DNA of 63,774 bases, filler included, from Pirum gemmata (lineage: Eukaryota): the NCBI GenBank assembly GCA_002812295.1. It is 19 parts of 19 records of this genome, joined end to end, with 100 filler letters (N's around TTAATTAATTAA, not from the genome) between each part and the next. Parts side by side here need not be neighbours in the genome. Positions count along the whole stretch, not along the records: positions 26,430 to 29,599 come from PDIN01003287.1; positions 29,700 to 32,846 come from PDIN01003288.1; positions 32,947 to 36,103 come from PDIN01003289.1; positions 36,204 to 40,421 come from PDIN01003290.1; 15 more parts are not named here. One strand, given 5' to 3'. Numbering within the stretch: position 1 is the stretch's first letter; each line of letters opens with the position of its first letter. The notes below the pieces were generated by a model. It saw only the letters and a program-made list of their open reading frames with translations, searched no databases and was not told where the DNA came from. A program made the translations under genes and the position numbers. Positions 26,330 to 36,522 of the stretch are shown here, piece by piece.

Positions 26330-26845
26330 NNNNNNNNNNNNNNNNNNNNNNNNNNNNNNNNNNNNNNNNNNNNTTAATTAATTAANNNNNNNNNNNNNNN
26401 NNNNNNNNNNNNNNNNNNNNNNNNNNNNNAATAATGATAATAATAATAATAATATCCATTTTATACATCTTCACAATCATAATCACATATCACCATCAAG
26501 GAGATAAAGGTGACTACATTTCAATCATAAATAAATGAATTTACCAGCCATATTGATTTTTATACAATTTTTCATATCATGCGCGTTATGATGCTTATGC
26601 TCATGTGGTATAATCATAGCCATGTTTTATTAAAAAACATAATATAACCATAAAAACCACGATAATCACGACCAGATAATTTAAACACAAATACAACAGA
26701 AACAGAAACAGAAACAGAAAATATAGACTTGTATTATTTCAGTAAAGACAGTACATTACTATAGTACACAAAAGCAATGACATAAGCGACAATATTTATA
26801 TATTATATATAGATATTTATATAATATATGTCAAAAGAAGCTTAC

Positions 26846-27115
26846 CTCCATAAAAGTTTCAAACAAATTCCGTATTTTTACCCTATTTTCTTTACAATAT
26901 TTTCCAAAATCTTTATTATGGAGTTTGATAAAAGTTTTCATTTCCGAGTTTTTTTTAATCCACTCTGCCACTTTCTTCTCACGCTGGGCACCCCCATCGA
27001 ATTTCGGTCCATACTGTTTAAAAAGATAAACGCAAAAGCAAACAAAAGATGCAAGGTATACTAAGTTGTCCAAAGTGAAAAACTCATATTTAACACCCCC
27101 CAACATTGTTTGCAT
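26846..27115 (-). CDS. Probable exon of a protein with an N-terminal TM anchor, function unknown
   Basis: Non-repetitive open frame with hydrophobic LVYLASFVCFCVYLF, ending at a strong GAG|GTAAGC donor. Confidence 0.5.
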
Positions 27116-28190
27116 TACTATTCTACGACAACTCTATTTCTTTGACTGCAAAAGTAATTCTTATTCCTTCCTGTCCAATATATATTATCGTAAGTATCAA
27201 CTTATAATTGCTGTTTATTTTTATTTTTATTATTATTTAAACAAACAATATATGTACTTTTAGCCAATATACATTTTTTTGTGCTTGTATTTTTAGTTTC
27301 TAGCTTTTATGCTATCTATAATTCACACTTAACTCTAATTTGGTTGAGCAGGAACTAAATGAATTGCATAATGTTCCTGTAACAGTATTCCTATTTATAT
27401 CCCCGATAACAGTATCTGATTTTAAATACCGATAATAAATAAAGTATTGATCCATACCTACTTACTGCCTACTTCTATAGACCAGTTCAGTATATTATTA
27501 TTATCATTCGATATTACTTATCGATAGTAGTAGTATATATCAAAATTTTTCTCAAAGAAAAGAACCCTAACACTACCCTAACCCTAACCCTAACCCCTGA
27601 GACCCTAACCCTAACCCTAACCCTAGCTAGCTAGAGAGCTAGAGCCCTAACCCTAACCCTAACCCTAACCCTAACCCCAACCCTAACCCTAACCCTAACC
27701 CTAACCCTAACCCTAACCCTAACCCTAACCCTAACCCTACCCCNNNNNNNNNNCCTCACCCTAACCCTAACCCTAACCCTAACCCTAACCCTAACCCTAA
27801 CCCTAACCCTAACCCTAACCCTAACCCTAACCCTAACCCTAACCCTAACCCTAACCCTATCTAACCCTATCCAACCCCCATTTTTTCCTGGTCTTTACAG
27901 ATAATCATGATTATTTTCAAAGACCCCAGACCAGCCCCAGACAGTACTTCCCAGACTCCAGCCTTTGTTATTTTTACATTTTAAGGAAGACTGGCCAGTT
28001 TACGTCATTTTTTAAACTATTGACGTAACAACTAATTGATTTTTGTTAAAAAAGGGTACGAAAGGGCCAAGTAAAAACCCCTGGGGGTTTTTTAACGTCA
28101 TCCAAGCGTCATCATTTGCCCCTTTCAGGCTTTTCAATCATTACGTCATATCAAATACACATTTATTATTGGTTTCAAGACTGTTTCAAG

Positions 28191-28417
28191 AGGAGGGGTG
28201 AGAACTCTCATGGCGAACTTTTTTGGCCGAGGCACAAATGTTGTTCGCCTGTTTCGCTTTACCATATTTAGTATTTGTAATTATTTATTTAGTAGCTACC
28301 TATTTAAGTAGTTACTTTAAAAAGAGTTTATTATACTATTTATAGTAACTTTAGGCAAATTGGAAGCTCGCCGGTCCGAGCATCCAATTGGTAAGATGAC
28401 GTCATCTCATCCCTCCT
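28191..28417 (+). mobile_element. MITE family C with 8-bp TSD GTTTCAAG
   Basis: TIR AGGAGGGGTGAGA...TCTCATCCCTCCT; GTTTCAAG at 28183-28190 and 28418-28425; second copy at 45819-46053. Confidence 0.85.
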
Positions 28418-29172
28418 GTTTCAAGCCTGTTTCAAGTTTCAACCATTTCATATTTTTTTTTGAAAGTTTTTTTTCAGATTTTTAGAACTTATCCAAGGAC
28501 TTCAAAAAAAGAAGTCCTTGACTTATCCCATATATCATTGATAAACCATCTCTTGGATAATGATATCATATAGATATAATATTATTGATATGTGATATAA
28601 AATAGACCTACACTTATTCTTTATCGAATTTCAAAAACATACTAGACTATTATTTATGTATTGTATAGGCAGAAAATTAAATTAAATAAAAGATCAAGTC
28701 TGATATAAAAAAGCGTGTACACCTTATTTTTCTTTCGGTTTAGTTAAGTGTGCTACTAGTGTGCTGTACCAACGACATTCTTTTTTATACAAAGTTTATG
28801 TCTTTTTACCTGAGGTATTGTTTAGTCATGTTCAGTTTCTCTTTTTTATTATTTAATGTTGTTACTTTCATTTACAAAAACACTCCGACATCATAAATGG
28901 TGTTAATGCATCGGCTTCAGTACAAAAACGCCTTTATCTGTGCTATTAATATATATATATATATATATTAATTTTACTTTACTCTACATAAGTTTTATTT
29001 ATTACTCCTCTATTAATGTTAAGTATTTTCTTACGGCAATTTTATAAGGTGATTTGAGAATCGTTCGTTGATCAAATGAAGTGCCATATTTATTTTTAAT
29101 CATAACTTACACTGCTGTTTTATCTCCCTTTTTCCTTTTTATTATTTTTATTAATGTACATAGAATTTCTGG

Positions 29173-29534
29173 ATGACAATCGGTATCCAGGTAGAAATAG
29201 AGATGTCAGATATTGAAAATCAACCTTTAACCTCAGGTATATTGCTTTTCCCAGCTAAAAACTATATATTTGTTATTACCTTTACCAGTTATTTCTATAT
29301 TCACTCTGTCACTTAATGAGTGGGTGTTCATAGTTTCATTGTCGCTATTTAGCTTTTGTGTTTACTGTTTCCTCTACTATAACACAATTACTTGTTGCTA
29401 CTAATCTAAAACCCTAATTACCATCTAATAATAATTTTGTGACTTCTTTTTCGTTATATTTCTGAATTATAGGTTATGACAAAGGTATAGACGATGAGTT
29501 AGAAAATGAAATTTCAAGCGAGGATAGGATTTTG
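29173..29534 (+). CDS. First exons of an unknown gene (29173/29203-29236, 29473-29534)
   Basis: GT-AG intron with matching phase gives MSDIENQPLTSGYDKGIDDELENEISSEDRIL, followed by a GTAACT donor. Confidence 0.5.
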
Positions 29535-29736
29535 GTAACTTAATTTTTGTATTTGTATATGTTGGTGGGCGAGTACACACGCACAAACACACTCGTTTAN
29601 NNNNNNNNNNNNNNNNNNNNNNNNNNNNNNNNNNNNNNNNNNNTTAATTAATTAANNNNNNNNNNNNNNNNNNNNNNNNNNNNNNNNNNNNNNNNNNNNA
29701 ATAATAATAATAATAATAATTCGATACAAATCATAG

Positions 29737-30243
29737 GAAACTGGTATAACTGATGCCCACTCTTTTCGTGTGGGATCTCTTGTTAATACGTACCACCCAG
29801 ACGGCAATTACCACTATCTTACTTGTTTTATTATATGCGAAACAAGCCAAGAACCCAAAGTATTAGAGCCTGAGAAAAACGGTCCTTGGGGTTACTACCC
29901 TTGGCCTTTAATGGATGGCAGTAACGCTAAATATCTTCCTAATAACCATGACGGCAACGGCAACCAAAACAGCAACAGCAACAATAATAATAACCACAAT
30001 AACCACAAAGAAACCCAACTTGATAATAATATTGATAAAAACACTAATGATGTAAATAATGTTAATGATAATAATAACAATGATGATGATTATTATAGGA
30101 ATAGAGAATATGATTATTTTCCCAAACCAGTATTTCATTGTTTGAGACATGCTATTAGTGAAGGCTTTAATCCGTTCACTAATAATGAAGGTGCTGGTAA
30201 TATACCTAACAGTACATCTGCTCCTAAAGAGTTTTTGACATAA
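29737..30243 (+). CDS. Last exon of a Nudix hydrolase, NUDT15/MTH2-like
   Basis: ATAG|GAA acceptor; ETG (end of Nudix box), VNTY...YHYLTCFI, EPKVLEPEKNGPWGYYPW, PKPVFHCL, EGFNPF resemble the NUDT15-family C-terminal pattern. Confidence 0.75.
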   Translation, partial: ETGITDAHSFRVGSLVNTYHPDGNYHYLTCFIICETSQEPKVLEPEKNGPWGYYPWPLMDGSNAKYLPNNHDGNGNQNSNSNNNNNHNNHKETQLDNNIDKNTNDVNNVNDNNNNDDDYYRNREYDYFPKPVFHCLRHAISEGFNPFTNNEGAGNIPNSTSAPKEFLT

Positions 30244-30743
30244 TAAAATAAACATAATGTACTGTTATATAGTTTAAACATCTTGGAAGTTGAACGGGTT
30301 AGGGTTAGGGTTCAATTGTTTTCGAAAAGTTAAGTATATGGCATTTACATCATTTTATGGTTTTAACTAAACTAAGTCTTGCTAATTATTATTTACAATT
30401 TTGCTTATAGAATAGAACCAGCGTCAGTTTTAGGCTTAATAAATCGAACAGTGTGACTATGTGTACTATTAAGCTTATTATCAATCATTTTATATTGATA
30501 TTATAGCTAAAATAGATATATAACACATTATGTATAGCTGTTGTTTGGGTATCATTATCATTATTATTCATTGATCAGTATGAACATGACATAAAATAGT
30601 ACTATGTTCGTTATCGATATCGATATTACAGTGTTTATTAGTATTAACATTATTCTGATAAAAAAATGAACACACACGATTAAACCGATTATAAACACAA
30701 TATAATATTATTAATATGTTATATTTCTATTCTAATTAATGTA

Positions 30744-30925
30744 ATAAATTTTTATAATTACTAATATTATATGTTTATTAATATAATCACAATTATCAAC
30801 ACTCATGCGTAACAACAAAATTTTTAATCATGGAATAAATCTTTATAATTACTAATATTATGTTTATAGTCACAATTATCAACACTTATGCGGACAATTC
30901 AGTAACAACAAAATTTTTAATCGTG
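30744..30925. repeat. Tandem duplication (about 90 bp) of the DUF1080 gene's last codons and 3' UTR
   Basis: 30744-30833 matches 30836-30925 (TATAATTACTAATATTA...TCACAATTATCAACACT.ATGCG...TAACAACAAAATTTTTAATC.TGG). Confidence 0.8.
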
Positions 30926-31623
30926 GTCGAAATTGGTCCCTCGATTTTAAACTGCTCTGTCTCGTGCGCTTGAAAACAAATAAACCCGTCAGAATAACTA
31001 TCATCGATTTGCTTAAACTCGCCATCAATAACGTTCTCTCCATTAATAGTTGATTTATAATAATCACCATTTGCCGTTATTTCCATTTCATTCCACTCAC
31101 CATCATGAAATTCATTAACACAAGTTGCATTGCTAGACTCTGATATCCAGTAACCCCAAGGTGTACTTGGTTTAGAATCAACACAACGTTCACAATAAAG
31201 TAAACCAGAACAACCATTAGGAATATCTTTATGAAAATCAGCATTACCTCTATTACTATTAGCTTCGATTTCGATTTGTGGTCCATTCACTACATTAGTA
31301 TGGCCTTCATAAGTCCCATTATAAACTTGCGATCTTATTTGTACTCCGGTGTTAAATGTATTATTCCATAATTTCACTTCAAAACTCACTTTAAAGTCTG
31401 CAAATTTCTTTACGGTACAGAAAAAAGTGTTTTCAGCAGGACCATTCATTAAGGTTATTTCGTTAGTAAAGTTTGTTTTATTATTATTATAAACTCTTGC
31501 CCCCCCACCATATTTAACCCATTTTAAAGTAGTACCGTCACTATCACTGCCAAAGCTGTATTCTCCGTTTTCGTCGGCAGTATTGTAATACCTATTTTAG
31601 AAACAACACAATATAATTAGGAC

Positions 31624-31670
<47 letters not shown>

Positions 31671-32716
31671 TAATAATAATAATAATAATAATTAATAATA
31701 ATAATAATAATAATTAATAATTAATAATACCCCTTATACTCAGGAACATCTTTATAATCACCAAATCCATAAAATTGACAACAAGGCTGAGTGGAAATAG
31801 CATGACAACCAAGAACCCCATTGGCGCACTCCGGGTTATATTGTACCAACTGCCCTTCTGCAGGAGGTTGGCATTCGCTTGCCGGTACCGCCCCGCAAAA
31901 ATCCGGAGCCGGTGATAAATTTTTTACACAGGGGGAAACGTTGCACGTGACTTTATTTTTGAAGTTAATGTATAGATATTGATGCCATTCGTATGTTGTG
32001 TTTGCTTTAGTAATTCCAGGGTATATTTGGGGGTTGGCAACGGAGTTTGTTTTAGCGTACTCGATGTCGGTGAAGCATGTGCTACTGTTTGATAAAACCC
32101 TATTATTAAAATATTATTATTATTATTATGGTTAGCGTTAGCGTTAGGGTTAGCGTTAGGGTTAGCGTTAGGGTTAGGGTTAGCGTTAGGGTTAGGGTTA
32201 GGGTTAGCGTTAGGGTTAGCGTTAGGGTTAGGGTTAGGGTTAGNNNNNNNNNNNNNNNNNNNNNNNNNNNNNNNNNNNNNNNNNNNNNNNNNNNNNNNNN
32301 NNNNNNNNNNNNNNNNNNNNNNNNNNNNNNNNNNNNNNNNNNNNNNNNNNNNNNNNNNNNNNNNNNNNNNNNNNNNNNNNNNNNNNNNNNNNTTACGGTT
32401 ATGGTTAGGGTTACGGTTAGAGTTAGGGTTACGGTTAGGGTTACGGTTACGGTTAGGGTTACGGTTACGGTCAGGGTTACGGTTACGGTTACGGTTAGGG
32501 TTACGGTTAGGGTTAGGGTTAGGGTTAGGGTTAGGGTTAGGGTTAGTGTTAGGGTTACCAATGAGAGCCTTGGCCACATTTGTCTTCTGGAGAAACACAT
32601 GGGTTTTCACATCTACCTTGGTCTATAAAATGGCTGAAGAAATCTTCGTAAGTACTATTTGCATTTAATCCTACATACCAATCTGGATGACTACCTATGC
32701 CATCGGCACCTACCAT
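30886..32716 (-). CDS. Spliced gene with Cys-rich HPxWYxGL repeats and a C-terminal DUF1080 (3-keto-disaccharide hydrolase-like) domain; exons about 32716/32709-32559, 32099-31731, 31591-30886
   Basis: GT-AG introns with compatible phases. DUF1080-type motifs: [56 protein letters not shown]. The 5' end is probably missing. Confidence 0.8.
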
Positions 32717-33022
32717 GTTATAAAAAAATTAATTATGAATATTGTTAATTTTTAGTATTGTAATCGAAAATTATTATCATTAGTATCAATAAAATAAATA
32801 AAATAAATAAATTTATTTTATTTATTTTTATTTATTTATTTATTATNNNNNNNNNNNNNNNNNNNNNNNNNNNNNNNNNNNNNNNNNNNNTTAATTAATT
32901 AANNNNNNNNNNNNNNNNNNNNNNNNNNNNNNNNNNNNNNNNNNNNAATAAAACTTGGAAAATAAATTAGAAAAATCGAACGTATAAGATCAACATAAAA
33001 GCTTGACCTAATATAATGTTAT

Positions 33023-33228
33023 GGGTAAATGTGGCTCCTTGGTTTAGAGCGGAGTCTCAAAACCTCTAAAGGTTAGCGGTTCGATCCGCTGCCAGCACTG
33101 TCAAATGTCGAAACAAAAAAGAAAAGGTGCTAGATCCAGTCGCTACCGGAGGGACACCCCGCTATACATCGGAGGTACTTAACTGAGAACGATGTGCGAA
33201 AACTACATAAATAAAAAAAAAAAAAAAA
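33023..33228 (+). mobile_element. tRNA-derived SINE-like element
   Basis: A box TGGCTCCTTGG with GCTC/GAGC D-stem; B box GGTTCGATCC in an AGCGG/CCGCT T-stem; unpaired acceptor stem; unrelated body; 16-nt poly(A) tail. Confidence 0.65.
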
Positions 33229-33303
33229 TTATGATATTATATAATCCAAAATTTAATGCAGTAACAGTTCTAGTGTCTTAGACATAGTTCAGATACTGAC
33301 TAT

Positions 33304-33432
33304 GGGAGCGTCAAGGGGTAGGTAGGTAGGTGGTATTTGACCGGAAATTAACGTCGAGGGGTGTCGAGGATTGTCGAGGGGTAGGTAGGGAGGGAGGGGT
33401 ATTTGAAGCTGTATTTGACAGGAAACTGGTGT
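33304..33432 (-). mobile_element. MITE family F, internally altered copy
   Basis: Reverse complement of the 35721-35849 core (GGGGTAGGTAGG...GGTATTTGAAGCTGTATTTGAC). Confidence 0.8.
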
Positions 33433-33790
33433 TTAAAAAAAATACGTATTATTTGATAAATAATTTATATAAATAAACAGTAAATAAACGCTGCTCAAAA
33501 TTATATTAAAAAATATTACATTATTTAAAAAAAGTTTTTAAAAAATTAATAGTTGAGTTGACCATGGGTTTTTTAAAAATTCAAAAAAAACTATTAATTA
33601 ACTTACGCATACCGGTAAAATATTAAAAAAGCTATTGGTTCAGAATCATATTATTGTTAGGCCTATATATGATATATATTTTCTTCGGAAACATATTTGG
33701 TATTTAAAATATTAAATTTTATTCCAGTTAACGTTGTTGTGAGTTGTTCTACTGTGTTGTTCTTGTGTGTGTTTGTTTGTATACCCGGTA

Positions 33791-33969
33791 GTGCTTTTCG
33801 GTTGTTTGTCATCATAAAACATACAATAATGAGTACTAGATTAATACAATATAAATCCATTTAATTAATTTGGTATGTTTTATTATCTATATATTCATTT
33901 AAACATGTCAATTTAAATGTTATAACCCCCAAAATAAATATTCAGAGTGACAAAATAAATGAAAAGCAC
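33791..33969 (+). mobile_element. MITE family A copy
   Basis: GTGCTTTTC...TGAAAAGCAC ends; colinear with 247-427. Confidence 0.85.
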
Positions 33970-34920
33970 AAACATTAATCAAGAACCCCAGGAAAAAATT
34001 TCCTGAATGTATCAGATATCTAGTAGTTAGATATATAAACTATTAATATTGATACAATTATTGATAATGTTGATGAGTGCTTATAAATAAATATACTTTT
34101 TTGCTTTGTACTTTTTGCAAGCATATTTTTGTGTTTGGTACTCTACTAAGAAACGATAGCTAGTCTACAGTTAGAACTACTAGTCTACCACAGTATCGCG
34201 ATAGTAACGGGTAGTTATGATTCATGACTAGTGACTCATGAGCTCTGATACTACTCTGCCAGTCTCTGCGATTGTAGCTCTAGCTGGCTACCAGAAGTCA
34301 ACCAATCACATCATAACTACAATCAAAATCCCACATTACAGTGATTACACAACATTATTTTAAAAAAGTTATCCATATTTTAACAACACAAACACCAGTA
34401 AATTATTACCAACATGGATAATTCACACAATAGAAACCCTACAGAACATGATTCCGATACAAAACAACAAAGAACGATTATCGAAACTAGCTAGCATACA
34501 ACCAGCAAAATAACAACAACAATAAGTTTTACTACGAATTTTACGATATAAAACAAAGCATCTTCATTATAAAACCTAATATAATATCGATGCAACAACA
34601 ATATAATAATATATGTATATAAGAAACAACAAAATCATTTTAAAATAGAAATATGCTCAGGGTCCAAATAGTTGGAATCTACAAATGATCATGACTAGTC
34701 ATGACAAACAGTAGTAAGAAGAGAAGAATACAAAAAAACTATGATACCAAAAATTCTAAAAAGTCGACCCAAAGAAAACCAACAAGATAGTGGACGTCAA
34801 AAACCCAACCTTTTCAATGTCAATACTGTTCCAAAGAATTTCCACCAGAAGTCCAACTGAGAAGTCCAACTAAAAATCTTTGAACATCTAGACAAACCTG
34901 TAAGACTATCAGATACTATC

Positions 34921-35103
34921 GTGCTTTTTAGTAGTTTTGTCATCATAAAATATACAATAAAGAGTATCAAATTAATACTATATAAATCCATTTAATTTAA
35001 ATTGGTGTATTTAATTATCTATTTATTAAAATTTAAAAATGCCAACTTAAATATCATAACCAACCAAATAAATATTCAGAGTGACAAAATAAATGAAAAG
35101 CAC
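34921..35103 (+). mobile_element. MITE family A copy
   Basis: Both TIRs present; colinear with 247-427. Confidence 0.85.
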
Positions 35104-35720
35104 AATAGCTAATTTATAAACTAGAATAGCTAACCTACATATTATCACAGTTACATTATGATACCTATAAATCCGAATATAGATGACAACTCCAACAATA
35201 TCCACAACAACGACTACAACGCTATAATACTAGGAATAAAGTTTAAAAACCAATATTTCTACAACAAAAGAACAATACAATTGCTTATCATAGACTATAA
35301 TTATATTAGACTATGGTGTCATTATGAAAAGTACAACAAGTCAAAACCAACTGTCAATCTTATACCAAAGTAGTCCAAAGTATATTATGAAACAAATCAA
35401 CAAATTGCAACTTGAATTTAATTATATAATAATGGTCCTCCTTTTTTTTATAAGTTATGATATAACATTATGATATCGTATTTTTAAAAAGGAAAACTGG
35501 AACTTTTTCTTTTTTGAGACTTCAAGTTGCCGGTATCTAATAGTCTAGTTATTAGACTAATATCCTCCATGCTCAAAAATCTCACAAAATGTTCCAACTT
35601 TGATTAAAAAAAGTACTAAATTTGCGAATGGTTTTTATATTAGATGGTTTTTAGAGAACTTCTGAAAGCTAAAAAAAAATTTCTACTTCAAAAAAAGGTC
35701 TTTATGAATTTATGATCTAT

Positions 35721-35849
35721 GGGAGCGTTCCAATACTACGTCAAATACAGCTTCAAATACCCCTACCTACCTACCCCTCGACGTTAATTTCTGGTCAAAT
35801 ACCACCTGCCTACCTACCCCTTGACGTGACGTATTATTTGAACACTCCC
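35721..35849 (+). mobile_element. MITE family F (PIF/Harbinger-like)
   Basis: About 23-bp TIR GGGAG(C/T)GTTC.AATA.TACGTCA at both ends; further partial copy at 60457-60523. Confidence 0.82.
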
Positions 35850-36522
35850 TTGAATAATAAAAAAAGAATAGGCTAGACCCGACCCCCCGAAAAAAAAAAA
35901 AAAGAATGATCAGTGAAAGATCGTCACTTTTTTTTTTAAACTCTACCCTAGCTAGCTAGCTAGCTAGAGATAGCTATATATGGCTTCTTCATATGTTAAA
36001 AAGGTAACAGGCAGGTTAATATTTCCATATATTACTCAAAAAGATCTTTTAAACTATATATGGCTTCTTTATATGTTAAAAAGGTAACAGGCAGGTTAAT
36101 ATTNNNNNNNNNNNNNNNNNNNNNNNNNNNNNNNNNNNNNNNNNNNNTTAATTAATTAANNNNNNNNNNNNNNNNNNNNNNNNNNNNNNNNNNNNNNNNN
36201 NNNTCTCCCACTCTCCCACTCTCCCACTCTCCCACTCTCCCACTCTCCCACTCCCCACTCTCCCACTCTCCACTCTCCCACTCTCCCACTCTTCCACTCA
36301 CTCTTCCACTTTACTCACTCTTCCACTTTACTCACTCACTCACTATTTCACTCACTCACTCACTCACTACCCCCTATCTCATTCACTCACTTAACTCACT
36401 CACTTAACTCACTCACTCACCCCTCCTCCCACCACTTACAGACACACTCATTTTGTTTAGACGATGTTGTTATTCTTTTCTTATACTTCTATGTATTTAC
36501 CATTCTAATGTATGGTTTTTAG

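Noticed and set aside
33023..33097. Functional tRNA gene
   Set aside because: Acceptor stem does not pair, T-loop is short, and it is followed by a body and poly(A); a SINE head fits better. The same applies to 62815-62889
33180..33206. Hammerhead ribozyme core (CTGAGAA...CGAAA) in the SINE
   Set aside because: Does not match CUGANGA, and I could not form convincing stems
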